Source: the human T2T-CHM13v2.0 reference genome, Homo sapiens
DNA: 64,000 bases
Direction: 5' to 3' (one strand)
NCBI RefSeq assembly: GCF_009914755.1
Contig: NC_060930.1
Positions within the stretch are counted from its first letter, which is position 1; each line of letters begins with the position of its first letter. The translations under genes and the position numbers were made by a program. Shown here piece after piece: positions 1 to 45,047 of this stretch. Under the pieces are notes generated by a model. That model worked only from the letters and a program-made list of their open reading frames with translations, did not search any database and was not told where the DNA came from.

Positions 1-834
<834 letters not shown>

Positions 835-1546
835 TTAGCACTCTGGGAGTCCGTAGGCACAAAAATGGTAAAGGAGTTCAAGAAGAAATGCGTAGAACAC
901 AGTCCCTGCCCCACAAGGTTCATGGCCTGGGAAAGGAAGACAGACATGAATAAATCATTGCCATAGGGTGACTGGGGTGAAGGGCGTTGGGGGTCGGGTG
1001 GGGTGCGGGAAGGAGTGGTGTAGGCAGAGGCATCCCTGAGGAGAAATGCAGCTGGTTTGGGAGAGGACGGCCATTCCAGCACACACGAAGGCTGATGCAC
1101 ATACGCGCAAGGGCTGGTCCCCAGAGCTGGTGGTTCTGGCCACGAGAGCTCATCACCTGGGGGCAGCTTCTGTACCTGCACCCTGTATGAGGCTCCGGGT
1201 CTGCCCTTCCTGGTCCATCCTCCAGACACACTGCCTGTTCTTCTCTCAGGTCCCGCTCCGGGCCCTCCTCCCAGAAGCCTCCCCTGACTAGTCCAGCTCA
1301 CCGTGACTCTTCTGAACTCATGGCGTTTACTGCCAAGGCTATTACGTTGGCGCTCGCTCATGTCATTATTAGGAAATATGCATTTTTACTGTCTTTGATG
1401 TTATTTAAACTTGCCTGTAAATTCTGTCTCTCTCAATTTTAAGTTCTGAGTAGAAACTACATATTTTTATTATTTATATTCTTATATTCTCCCATGGCAC
1501 CCGGCATTCGTGGACACATTGAGGAAGTAAGATAATGAATGAATGA

Positions 1547-3213
<1,667 letters not shown>

Positions 3214-3451
3214 ATGTCAGTTTTTAAAATTAAAAACAATTTGTTGTGCTCAGTCTGTCGGAGACTGCACGTCACTCTAAGTGTAGCAAATTGAATATAA
3301 TGCCATAGAACTTTCATATCTGTTAGCATCCTTTTAAAAAATACGTGAACAAGCCCTTGAACAAGTGTTAGAAACAGTTATTCTATTTGTATTGCAATTA
3401 TTGCAGTTAACCAAAACTAGGAATATTCACAAGGATTAAACATAAAAAGTT

Positions 3452-5198
<1,747 letters not shown>

Positions 5199-5282
5199 TT
5201 AGTTAAAGCAGCAGCCTAGATTCAGAATTAAGAAAACATGATTTTTATTTTTCCGTTTCATGGAAGCAGCAGCTGTCTACTG

Positions 5283-5313
5283 ATAGTTCCTGCCGCCGGC
5301 CACCAGGTGGCAG
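5283..5313 (+). promoter_or_regulatory. Candidate CTCF site (core plus upstream-motif-like element)
   Basis: CCACCAGGTGGCAG at 5300-5313 fits CCASYAGRKGGCRS exactly; ATAGTTCC at 5283-5290 lies upstream. Confidence 0.65.
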
Positions 5314-5644
5314 AAGGGAACACAGTACCATAGCCCTGCCCCAGCGATCGCGCGGGCAGGAAGACCGGGTGGGAGGTAGGTGCGGCCGAGGCCTGGAGGC
5401 GAGGTAGGAGAGTAGGCTTAGGCTGTCAGAGGAAAAAACGGGCGATGTGAGGACTAAGTATGGATCTCAGGAGGGGACAGGAAATATTGAGAACACCACC
5501 TTACGGGTTCAGAATAAAACCGAGGGAATGAGGAAGAGGTTTAAGGAGATAGGCTAAATTGGGAAGAATTCACGGGGAATCAGAGGGTGGAGAGGGCGTG
5601 GGTGCCTGGAGATGCCTGGGAACAGAACGGCTGAGGGGACTCCA

Positions 5645-7626
<1,982 letters not shown>

Positions 7627-8027
7627 GCCTCCCAGAGAGACCCCTAGAACGTTTCCCTCAAGGACCTTTCTGCCTGGAAGTCTGTTAGCCTTTCAGAAGT
7701 AACATGTCCAAAATAAAATTTGATTCCTCCCAGGTTGTTCCCTGCCTGGTCCGCTACCCCACAGTAAGGAACACCTTATTATGCAATGGCGTGATCTCAT
7801 CTGTTCCCTCCAGGGCTCACGCAGAAACCTTCGTTACACTCCTCCACCATCCACCTGCAAGCCCCTCCACACCCTGTCCAAACCCAGCCCATCATCCTGA
7901 GCCACCATCTCCCCTGAGCCTCCCCAACACCCTTCTAATTGGCCCCCTTGCTCCCACTGTTTATCCCTCCCCCTCACACAAAGCCTGTCCTCCACCAGCA
8001 AAAGAGGTCTTAAAATATACATCACGC

Positions 8028-9507
<1,480 letters not shown>

Positions 9508-10277
9508 TTTCTTCCCCGTTTTTAAAGAAGTACTCCAATGGCTTTCTATTGACTTACAGTAAAATCCAAACTTGGCCACATCTCGGCCTCGCAGCAGCAT
9601 CCTTGAGCATTCTCTACAGAGACCTCCTGGCCTCCACAGGAGCCCACTTCAGGCAGGCCTCTGCACAAGGTCCCCTGCTCAGAGGCCTCTCCCCAGAGTC
9701 AGTTTCTATCATATCATCATACTGTACTTTCTCTTCAAGCACTTATTTGAAACGATCTCGTTCATCTGTTTAGGTCCCATCTGCTCGCTCTCTCTCCCAC
9801 TAGGATGTAGGCTCTCAGGGTCCAAGTGGCCCCCAGGCTAATACAGTGCCTGGCATTGACATTCCTGTTGAACGAGTGAATGTTTCATCTTCCCCACTCC
9901 TAGCATTTATCATCTTCCAGAAGAAAAGAGTTTTAAAACAAAAGTTGAGAATAAAGAAAAGCAGGAGCTTCCCAAACATTTCCAAAGCTGCCTAGAAAAA
10001 GGATTTGAAAAGGTGCCACCCATAGAGAGAGCTATGGGTGGGACCACTTCTCACAATCTCCAAGAGAGATGGCTGCAGGGAGAATTCCCACAGATTCCCA
10101 GAAATAACATTTCCAAACAATGGCTCCTTCTGTAGTCGTCTTTATTTAGAGCAGAATTCAGACTCAGCTGGTATCCCCCAGGGCAACCCCAGGATGGGGA
10201 AGGGCTGGTCTGTCCCCACCCACTTCTCCAGGATCCTCCCAGCCCCCAGGCTGGCTTTCCCTCCAACTGTCAGCTGC

Positions 10278-24718
<14,441 letters not shown>

Positions 24719-24751
24719 CTCCACATTATTTGAAGGCTCTAGATTCTGTCT

Positions 24752-25284
24752 TCAGCCATCTATGTTCCCCTGGACAAGAGGAGAAACAAAGACACTCCAA
24801 TTCAATTTTCAGGCCACCTTCCAAAGAGAAAGCCCCTACAATAACAAAGTCATAATCCTTGAATTATAGCCAGGTCCACCCGATGCTTAGCTCTTTTCCT
24901 ACTTCCCCAAAGTAGGAGATACCCCAAATTCACTTGCTTGTCTCAACCTGGTTCCTCATGGAACCCAAGCAACTAACTATCAAGTGGAGAGAATTTACTG
25001 AAAGAGACAGACTGAGAGGGGCTCTGAGGCTTTACTCATACTTTCAGGATTCTGGGCAGTGCCTTTACCCTCCTCCTTAAGTTTCTATGGTCCCTGCTGC
25101 TCCTGGCCAGAGGTGAGAAAGGAGGTACACAGTGCAGGGGTCTTGAGCGCCATCTCCAGAGTTCTCTCCATGGCTCAGCAAGGCCTGAGGGAAGCCCATC
25201 CAGACACCAGCAGGCCATGACTCTTGGGTCCTTCCCTGTTAAAGTGCTGGCCCAAGGCCTGGCCCCAGCTGAATGTGGCCACAT
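24752..25284 (-). CDS. CCHCR1: CCHCR1 isoform-1 N-terminal extension (exon 25284-25069 plus exon 2 start 24769-24752), terminated by TGA at codon 78 in this haplotype
   Basis: MWPHSAGARP...RNLRRR (216 nt) |gtaaag donor; exon 2 reads GGG AAC ATA GAT GGC TGA, in frame with the downstream ATG at 24718. Confidence 0.85.
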
Positions 25285-25799
25285 GCAGGGCTAGACCCTC
25301 CCCAAGACCTTGGGAATCCAGGCCGCCTAGATCCCCAGGCAGAAAAGCCAGCGTCCTGACATCTTATTCAAATCTTTCCTGCGGCTGTTCTCTCAGCTTC
25401 TCTCTACTATCCCCTTAGCTTCCATGCCTGCTGCCCGCCTCCTCTTTCTCGAGTCCTAACACATAGTGGGCACTTGAAGATCTTCCTCCCACCCTCCCAC
25501 CCTCATTAATCTATTTTTTACCCGAATCTGGGATCCCTACTCCCGTCCCTTTTTACAACCTAATCTACCTTTTTCTGAAGGAATTATTCTGGTCCTGACC
25601 CTCACCCCCATGTCTCAATAGCCTGCCCTCGCCCCCTGTACGCTAGCCGGCTCTACTCTCCCACCACTGCTCCCCTAGATACCAGAGGCTTCACCCAGTT
25701 AGCCCGTGAGCTCTAAGGCTGTTCTGATCTCTTCATCTGTCCCTTCACCTGGCCCCTGTACCCCCTTCCCCTTTGGACCCCTTGAACCCTCCCAGGACC

Positions 25800-26450
25800 C
25801 CCGCTCAGCCCCTTCCCGCCCCCAACCGACTCTTCCCGAACGTCCCTTACCAACCGCGAGAGCCCCCTACTGCGCTTTGGCCACTCCCCCTACGCCTCGC
25901 TCCCGGCCCCGCCTCTGCCCCTGACCGCGCCTGCGCAAGGCGGGCGCCCTAAAGTCCTATTTCACTCTGTTGGGAGGAGGGGGAAAGGTGTACGCAGGCG
26001 CAGTGGCGTCTAAATTTGGGCCCACTAAATGCGTCGGAGCATCTCCGCGCCCAGGCGGCTCCTCCTCACTGCGGCAACCCGGGAAAACTTGTGAACTAAT
26101 CAGAAAAAGTGGAAGGCGGGAGATCTTGGGGCGCTGTCCAATGGCGCGGAAGAGAACAAATGAGCTGGCCAATCGGGAACGGCACGGGGGCGGGCTCGCT
26201 CGGCGCGAAGTTCGGGCCCGGGAATTCCGAAGGAGGGGTAGGCGCTGCCCGCGCGCAGAGGCCGCGCCCCTCCTGGCCCCGGCTTCTTGGCTGTCAAACA
26301 GATGCAGCAACGTCGGCTCCTGCCGAGGAGCCCAAGGGGTCCCGGGATCCGCCGCACAGGCTGGCACTGCTTGAAGAGGAGGCTACTCGGAGACTGCGCC
26401 GCGCGGGTAGATCCGAAACGGGGCTGGGGCGGAGTGGGAAAAGGCCGGGT
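25800..26450. promoter_or_regulatory. Bidirectional CpG-island promoter shared by CCHCR1 (-) and TCF19 (+)
   Basis: CpG-dense, with GC boxes. NRF1-like GCGCCTGCGCA at 25927-25937 and 25991-26002. CCAAT at 26138 and 26169. E2F-like GGCGGGA/GGCGCGAA at 26115, 26143 and 26202. Confidence 0.85.
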
Positions 26451-27153
26451 ATGCCTTGCATGATCGCGGGGAGCTCCTTCCTGTTTTTATCCCACCTAGA
26501 GAAGCCGGGAAGTAGGGGTTTAGGTCCAATTTGTTGGAGTACTTAAGGACTCGTTTGCACTTTCTTTTGGGGGATGACAGTGGATTCATTGCCCTCGGAG
26601 GTTCAACCAGTTATGAGTGAGGGATTGGCCAGAAGATCGGGGCGCAGGCAAGCAGGAGTGCTCTATTAGGATAAGCAAGTTTGACAGGAAGAAGCTGCTC
26701 TTCTCCGAATTACACAGAGGTGATGTGTTCGTATTGCACGTAGACGTGTGTATAACAGGACCTCCTTCCCCGCGCCCCGCCACCCCGACACACACAGGAG
26801 CTGCCTAAAGTATCCTTGCCTTGCAGATTGGAGGCTCCCCAAATATTTTGTGATCTGAGGATCCAGCTCAAGTGAGGTGCCATAGGACGTGTTCCTGAGT
26901 TTGCATTGCACGGAGACCTTCCTGGAATTTTTCATTTGCAAGTCGGCTTAACCAATTTTGCATTGAGTCCTAGGCTGCTTGCACTCTGAATTTGGGCTAT
27001 TCAGGTAGTGTGCTCAAAGTTGAAACCGCATACAGCACAACTCAAGTTTGCATCAGACTGGGAAGCGAACTTAAGCCAGCGGTGCGTGGCCCAGGAGTGG
27101 GAAAGGAAATGGATGCCTGAAGTGGAAGAGGTGGTGCAGAGGGGGCACCGCCC

Positions 27154-30396
<3,243 letters not shown>

Positions 30397-32280
30397 GGTC
30401 CACCGCCAAGGCACCATCGGACACACCTGCCCATGAGTAGACACAGCAGCGAGCAAATAGGTCTGATAAATACCCCCCTTCCCTTCCCTCCCCAAGAGGG
30501 AATGACTACAGGGAAGAAGGATGGATTGATGTGGACTCATTCAGGGCCTGGAGCAGACCCTGGTGGCCAAGACAGAAGAGATGGTTTCCTGCCAAAGATA
30601 TTGCCACCTCCAGGAAATTGCCAGTGAGCTGGAAGTTCCCACTATTACAAGCCATAAGGCCATGTTGCCATGGACACCAGAATATCTGTAGTCAGAGCAC
30701 CTATCAGTTGCAAAAGCCATGCCTGCAACCGATGGAAAATGTAAGAGGGAGTTCTTAAGGTTCTTGGTGGCATCACCCAAGGCATTCTGGGAAAACCTAG
30801 GGCCTGGCCCCAAAACTTCCCTACTCTGTGGCTAGTCCTGCTGCCAACAAAATCGTAGCGACCTGGCTTTTCACAGCTTTGCTTTTATTTCCAAGTCAAG
30901 GACAAGCCGCTTCATTCACTCCTGGGCATTTACTCTTCTTGTGGGTCTGTGATATTCCTTGCTTTCCAGGGAGAATGTGCTTGGCAAGGTCTGGAGAACT
31001 AATTCAGAATCTTAGGGGAAGGGGAGAGATGGAAATACAAACCTGCTTACTGGAAAGGTGCAAATATATGGGTTGAGCTGGAGGTAGGAATACAGGTAAT
31101 TAAGGTTTCTAGTTTAAGGGAAAACAGATCTATTGCCATTTAAATAAGGTAACTGGGATTTGGTTAAGTTCACAAAGATAGCAGAAGATTTATTTACAGG
31201 CTTCACCTGTACTGTCAGGGCAAGAGAAAGCCTGGTAAACCAGCTACAGCAGTTTACCAGTGTGATGGCTGTGACACAGCTCCACTCCACGGGTGGACAC
31301 AGCAGAGGGCAACTGGGCTGGCCTGGTTCAGTGTGAATCAAACCGCTTAACCCACACATGGTACATGTGATTTTCTTTTGTGAGCCTTACACCAAGCCAA
31401 ACTATTGTCAAAGCATCATTTCTATAGAAATAAAGCCTTATCTTGACCTGTTCTATTAAAACCTGCCACATCCGCCCTTTCCTACCTAGATTTAATGAGC
31501 CCAAGTTTTTTTACATGGAAGAAATGACTCTGGGGCAAAGACCCCTAATGAACTAGTGGCAGAGCCAGGAATAAAACTTGAGTAACTAATGAGTCACTTA
31601 TGGGCAGAGTATGCAAAAACCTTAAGTGGAAACCAAATAGACCCTGGTATCAAGAAAGCACAAAGTATTAATAGAAGTTTCTGGTTGGGGTGATCTAGGT
31701 TCAACAGAAATAAGATGATTTCTAAGTATAAAGCCATTTAAGAATTCCAGAGTAGGGTGGGAAAGCAAAAAGCCAGCTCTGAACAGGTAACAGCTACATG
31801 GTGACTGAGTCTATGGGCAAAAGTTCTTGCATCACAGGCTTTTGGGAACTAGCCTATCACAGGGCCCTGTACAAATAAACTTGGCTGCAATCCCAGCTCT
31901 CCCTCTGATGTTGTGTGACCTTAAGGAGTGTAAATGGCACCTTAGTTTCAGGGTCACTTGGGTATGAGCATTGGATATTCCCATCCCCACCTCAGTAACT
32001 GAAGGACAAACCAAGATAAGTGTGTCTATCTACTGTGTCCCAAGCTTCTTTATTTAAGAAAAAAGTGATACATGATGTGGGATTAAAATCAAGAGCATCA
32101 TTGAACTTCACCTTCCCTCCAACCAGTTGCCCCAAACTCCCCTGCCCCCACCCTTTGTGTTCCCAATTCCTTCCTTAGTGAATGAAGAACTTAATCCCAA
32201 AAACCCTGGCACAAACTCCAGGTTTTCTTTCCCTAGCTCCTCCCCTCCCCCTGTCCCCCATTCCTAGAAGGGCAGGCACC

Positions 32281-38378
<6,098 letters not shown>

Positions 38379-38379
38379 T

Positions 38380-38445
38380 CAACCCCTCTCTCCCTCCCCA
38401 GTCCCACCCACTAGCCTTGACCTCTGGCCCCGCCCCCTGGATGGG
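38380..38445 (-). promoter_or_regulatory. POU5F1 proximal promoter (CR1): Sp1 GC box overlapping the nuclear-receptor element
   Basis: Minus-strand GGGGCGGGGCCAGAGGTCAAGGCTAG (38436-38411), the known Sp1 plus SF-1/LRH-1/GCNF/RAR element. TATA-less. Confidence 0.85.
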
Positions 38446-38586
38446 TGGAGGAGAGGGAGGTGGGGGGAGAAACTGAGGCGAAGGATGTTTGCCTAATGGT
38501 GGTGGCAATGGTGTCTGTGGAAGGGGAAAACCGGGAGACACAACTGGCGCCCCTCCAGGACCTCAGTGCAGGTCCCCCACAGAAAC

Positions 38587-38887
38587 TTTTTTTATTTTTA
38601 TTTTTTAAGACAGGGTCTCACTTTGTTGCCCAGACTGGAGTGCAGTGGAGTACAATGATGGCTCAATGTAGCCTCGATCTACTGGGCCAAAGCAATCCTT
38701 CTGCTCCAGCCTCCTAAGTGGCTGGGACTACAGGCTTGGACCACTGTGCCCTGTTAGTTTTTTTATTTTTAGTAGAGATGGGGCCTTGCTATGTTACCCA
38801 GGCTGGTCTTGAATTCCTGTCCTCAAGAAACCCTCCCGCCTCTGCCGCCCAGTGTCATGATTAAAGGCGTGAGCCACCACACCCAAC
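38587..38887 (-). mobile_element. AluJ-like element upstream of the POU5F1 promoter
   Basis: Diverged antisense Alu consensus. Confidence 0.8.
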
Positions 38888-39629
38888 TTTCAACTCCCAA
38901 CCCGCTCCCTGGCACTCTCTCAGGCTCTGCACATCCCAGCTGTCTGGAATCACTCCCACACCTCCATGTTCTTCAGGAACCCAGGTGCTTGACCCCCTCT
39001 CCACAGACCTCTGGCACTGTGCCTTCAGGGGCCAGTCACCCTCTCAGCTCCTCAAATTTATTGAATGTGTGTGTGGCGCTATCCCTCAATGCATCAACAG
39101 CCATAAGCACAATGGCCAGCTGCTCCCTTATGCCTTCCCCCGATCCATCCAGAATCCTAGGCATTCCCATCCCGATACTGGCCAAATCCAGCCACCCCGC
39201 AGCCTGGGTGCCTGGCACCATCTGCCCAGCCTGCCAAATTTCACCCCATCTTCAAGAGTAGACTGCCAGACAAGGCCTCCGTGCTATATCCCCCCACCCC
39301 CCATCCCCCCACCCCTCCGTCTTCCAGAATCAGACTCCAGACTCTCCTCATCTAACAGACTAAGGGGTTGGCCCCTACTTCCCCTTCAAGGGACCAGACT
39401 TTGGACTGATTGGGCCTCAGTTTCCCAACCTTTGCTGAAACAGAGTGATAAGACACCCGCTTTGGGCCCCCTCCACTATGGAACCTGCACATCAGGTTCC
39501 TTGCTCCCCTCTCAACCAAAACTCAGACATCTAATACCACGGTAGGCCCCGTTCTCCCTCCCCCACCTCCCTGGCCCAGGCCTCCAGCCCTAGGCCCTGG
39601 GTGGGGAAAACCAGGGGGTGGGGGGTGTG

Positions 39630-39830
39630 GAGAAAAAATATCTGACTTCAGGTTCAAAGAAGCCTGGGAGGGACTGGGGGAAGGGGGCAGGACAATGGCC
39701 TTGGCTGGACAATCCCGGTCCCCAGAGGGGGCAGCTCTAACCCTAAACAAGTGCTCAACCCTTGAATGGGCCTGGATGGCTCCCCTGGGGACTGCTTCCT
39801 GCTCCCCAACCCCCCAGTCCCAATCCCCTC
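39630..39830. promoter_or_regulatory. POU5F1 proximal enhancer region (approx. CR2)
   Basis: About 1.3-1.5 kb upstream of the ATG. NR5A-type sites TGGCCTTGG (39696-39704) and CAACCCTTGA. Boundaries recalled and approximate. Confidence 0.55.
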
Positions 39831-40744
39831 ACACAGAATCCCCTTCAGAGACGCTAAAAGGAGCTCCAGCAACCCCCCTCTGCAATCCCCTCAAAGACTG
39901 AGCCTCAGACGGGCACCAAGGGCCCCCTACAGGGACCTAGGTATCTAGTTCCTCCTTCCTCTGGGGAACTCAGGCGTCCAGCTTCATCGTGCATCCCTCC
40001 CCGAGCCCGGAAGATTGAGGGATGTGCTTTGTTTAGTGGGGCTGGCTGGCAGAAAGACGCAGAGGAGGTGGCGAGTGATTTGTGGAGGGGTGCAGGAAGG
40101 CTGCCCTAAGCTCCCCTTCAGGGTCTGTTTTTCTGGGCCTGGCCTGAGTATCCTGAGGCTCATGCTGCTGGTCTAGTGCTTGATTCTGTTTGCAAGAGAA
40201 TAGCCAACGGAATGCCTGTCTGTGAGGGATGATGTTTGTCTGTCTGCTCCCAAAACTTGATCTCAGTGGAGGGCCTGGGGTAAGTCTGGGGGCTCCAGAG
40301 GGGGCTCTGGGCCAGGGCTCCCCACAGCTTCGAAGGCCAGAAGGCCAGGTCTGGACTGGGCACGCTGACCTCTGTCGACTTAAGTAAGGCTTCTCATTGC
40401 AGGCTCCAGGCTCAGCCCTGCCTGGGCTTGTCTGCTGGGGTCAGTGGCTCTGTCTGCCTTCTAAGGGGATGGGTGTCCCGTGGCCAGCTGTCTTCATCTT
40501 GGTGGCATCCGTGAGTCTTTTGAGACTTTTCCCCCACTCTTATGTTGCCTCTGTTCGTGTGCCCATCTCCTGTCTGTGTAGACTTTTTGAGCCTAATTGT
40601 ATGCGTGCATTTCAATACCTGCCACAGGTCTGCCGGAAGGTCTACAAGGCAGTGGGGTTGGAGCTGTGTTCACTTCTCGGCCTTTAACTGCCCAAAAGGC
40701 AGGTAGATTATGGGGCCTGGTGGGGGTGGGAGGAACATGCTTCG

Positions 40745-40875
40745 GAACAGGAGGAGGCCCCTCCCCAGCCATCTCAATCCCCAGGACAGAACCATCACGG
40801 CACCTTTGTCATGCATCTCTCTGCTGTCTGCCAAGAAGACGGCCTCTCAGAGGAGGGGGAGGGGCAGGCCTGGGA
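40745..40875. promoter_or_regulatory. POU5F1 distal enhancer (CR4) with composite SOX2-OCT4 element
   Basis: CTTTGTC-ATGCATCT at 40804-40818 (minus AGATGCATGACAAAG), about 2.5 kb upstream of the ATG. Confidence 0.85.
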
Positions 40876-42404
40876 TTTGGCTGGAATCTCCACACCAGTG
40901 TTTCTCAGCTTGCCATCCTCCAGGTTCCCCAAAAGCGCTCTTCCCAAGCCAGTCCAGAGAGTCCCTGCTGCCCATTTTCCTAGTGGCTCCTAAAACACCT
41001 TCCCCAATTTCCCCACTCAACACCACCCTCTTGTTTTTAGATTATAATTTGTACTGTAGGTGGTGTATTTCTGGCCTGGGCAAGAGGCCCATTCCCGAGA
41101 GGGACGCAGACAAGGGGTGGGTGCCTGGGTCCCTGGCTGCCTTGTGGCTGGATATGAGCCCAGTCAGGGGTCAGCCTCCTGCATGCCTAGACTCCTAGCC
41201 GGCCCCCTTCTGGGGTGCTCAGGGCTGATGGGAGGTTGAGGCAGGCTTTCCTTCCTTCTCACTGTCCTGTTATGCCTGAAGGGTAGGTGGCTTCACTTCA
41301 GCCAAGGCCAGCTCTCCCAGGCCCCAACCAGTGCTGGGGGCCACCGTTGGGCCTGGAGGAGACTGGAAGCCAGGCTGAGTCATCAGAACTGGTCCCATGA
41401 TTCCCTGGGTTTTAGAAAGTCACCATAAAAAGATACTTCACATACACCTTTATTATTACAGTGCAATGTCAAGACCCTTCACAGAGCACTGCCAGGGGAC
41501 CCAGGTGAGGCCCACCTCTCCCCACCAGGTGTGGCGGCTGGCATGGCTGGGTGGGGAGAGGTGAGATGAGCAGCCTTGCTGCTGTCAGCCCAGCCTTCCC
41601 TTCCCCTCACTGGGAGATGAGGTGCTGTTTGGTTGAAAAACCAGCTGAAAAAACTCAGTTGGGACCAATAGAGACTTGCTCTCGACCCGGTCTAGGAAAC
41701 CACTTATTTTGACTTCCGAGGCCTGTCAATCTGAAGGCAAAAGAAAGGGAAGAAATGGAGGGCTGAGGGTTCAGGCTTGGCCCACCTTGGGAGATGATCT
41801 CCCTTAATAGCAATTTAGACAAATTCCTTTGCTCACTGTGGACCAAGTCCCCTCTTCTCAACAAAGGACCCTCTGATCTCCCCCATGAGACCTGCAAACT
41901 GAGGTCACCTTATCCCAAATCCAGACACTCTTACCTCAAATAGAGGAGTCAACTCTCTAGCTGTAGCCTGTAGGGAGTCAGAGGTGAGAGCAAAAGGAGT
42001 GGGTGAGCTGGGAGGATTGGTCAGGAACAAACTAGGAGGCATGGACCAGGTTCTAAGTCCTGGCTCTGACTCCCTGGCTAATGGCACCTCCCCCTCCTGT
42101 GCCTCAGTTTCCTCACCTAGTAAAGAGGATTTGGACTCAATGAACTCTAAACTTCCTTCCAACTAAGACATAAAATTGCTGCCCGGCTCTCATATGCCCT
42201 CCCATCTACCCACCCCCCTTACTTGACATGGGAATGTAGACTTCTCTGCACACCTGTGAAGAGAAATGGGGGTAGGAAAGCTGGGAGTGGTGTTCAATGA
42301 GAAGTTGGCATAGGCCTCCCTGTACCCTGCCACCTACCTCCAAGCATCCTTCCTGGGGAATCTGGCAGGTTTTCCCCTGAAGTTTGATCAAGAGATATAG
42401 GAGG

Positions 42405-42685
42405 AGGCCGGGAGCGGTGGCTCATGCCTATAATCCCAGCACTTTAGGAGGCTGAGGCGGGCGGATCACTTCAGATCAGCAGTTCGAGACCAGCCTGGCC
42501 AACATGGTGAAACCCTGTCTCTACTAAAAATACCAAAAGGTGGTTTTTTTGTTTGTTTGTTTTGTTTTTTTTGCATGTGGTGGTGCATGCCTGTAATCCC
42601 AGCTACTCAGGAGGCTGAGAAACAAAAATCGCTTGAACTCAGGCAGCAGAGGGTGCAGTGAGCTGAGATCGAGCCACCGCACTCG
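42405..42685 (+). mobile_element. Alu with (GTTT)n-expanded linker
   Basis: Alu consensus. Confidence 0.8.
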
Positions 42686-44361
42686 GCAACTGCATTGCTA
42701 CATGCCTCCAAACCCCAGCTGCTCATCTGAGGTTGCACAGAGACTCAGCATCAGCCTGGTGCATCACCAGACAGGAGAGCCTATGCTCACGTCAAAGGGA
42801 TCACAGCAGACTGCTGGCTCTGGGCATCTGAGCAGCGCCATGCAAGGGGGCAAGTGGCTTAGGGTTCCAGGGACTCAGGGGCTGGGGCAGCCCATCCCTC
42901 AGCTAAGTTAGCTGGACACTGGAGGATAGAAGTCAAGGGCCTAGCATGTTGGGATGGCTCCTCTCCAGGGGCTTTGCAGAGAGTCCCATGCACCAAGGGG
43001 GCTAGCGGGACAGGGAAAAGTGGTGGCAAAGACCTCCCAGACAAACTGGCTGCCTCTGGTCCTATCAAGCTGCCGTACATCCTCCACACCAGGGCTTTAG
43101 GCACCATTCCACTGTGTTCCATGGTGACTGTAGGTGATGCCCCACCTTGAGAGCCCTTGGGTGCTCAGCCCTGGGTCAGAACTTGAACACCAAGTGGGAA
43201 AAGGGCTGACCAAGCACGGGAGAGGGAAGGAAAGCAGAGTGGCTAGGACGGTCAGCAACAGAGCTGTGTTCATTTAGGACATGGGTATTGAAATGGAGTT
43301 TTGAAGGCTGGCTGAGGGGCCTGCACTCCATCCCTCCCACAGTGCCCTCAGCTCCTCCACCTTCCCCACATGAACCAGTCCGCACCTATCACACCTACGG
43401 TGGGCCGTGGTCCCACCCCAGCTTTCAGGTGTTTCCGGAGAGGGTAGACGCAGCTCTAGGTCAGGAAGGATTGTTTCCTTCCCTTCTCTCCTTCTGCAGC
43501 TCTGCTTGGTTCTGGCTGGCTTTTGCTGGAGTTGAAAGACTCAAGTGTGCTAAGAAGGGAGTCCTGGCCATGACAGTTGTAGTGCCAGTGTCCCCAGCTG
43601 CTCCGGTTCCCCAGCAACTCACAGACAACCGTGGTCTGGAGGGTGTGTGACTCTGAAAAGCCAAAACCCCAGAACTCCAAAGTTACAAGAGGTCAAAACA
43701 GTGGCTCTCTCCACCTCCGCTCCTACCTCCTCCCAAAATGCATGAAATTCCCTTCCTCTGACTGATAAACCCTCACTCATTCTCCAAGACATATCTTCTC
43801 TGTCAACCACATCCCCACCAAAGTCACACTGCACCCGCTCTCCCTCCCCTGCAGCATGTGGCTCCCTCCCATGTACCCAGCATGCACTGTTCAGCCACAT
43901 ATACTCACCCACCCTCCTGAAGGCCCAGCACAGACAGCATTGTGTTTAAATCCCTGATCTACACATCAGCTACTGGCTATATGCCCACGGCAAATGTAAT
44001 GGAACCTCTCCAAGCCTTGCTTTCCTCATTTGGCAACTGGACACAATTATAGTCTCTACCACACAAGTAAAGATAACATGAGATAATCCTTGCCAGTGTT
44101 AATGTAGGACCTACCAAGAAGAATTCAAGAACTAGTAGCTGCTATTGTAAGGTGTATTATTGGTAACAGCAAAATGAACAGCACTTACTAGGCTTAAATG
44201 TTTGCTAGATGAAAAAAAATGATATTGGTTAGAAATATATTTTGCTCAGGTCACCAGGTTTCTTATTAACTACTGGTGGTGGCGAGAGAGGTGAATGTCA
44301 GAAAAAGGCCAGTTTTTCCCATTTCCTGGATTTGAGAAAGTTGGATAAATTTTTTTCACCT

Positions 44362-45047
<686 letters not shown>

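Noticed and set aside
39717-39735. CTCF-like CCCAGAGGGGGCAG in the proximal enhancer
   Set aside because: Three mismatches in the 5' half of the core; not supportable without ChIP data.
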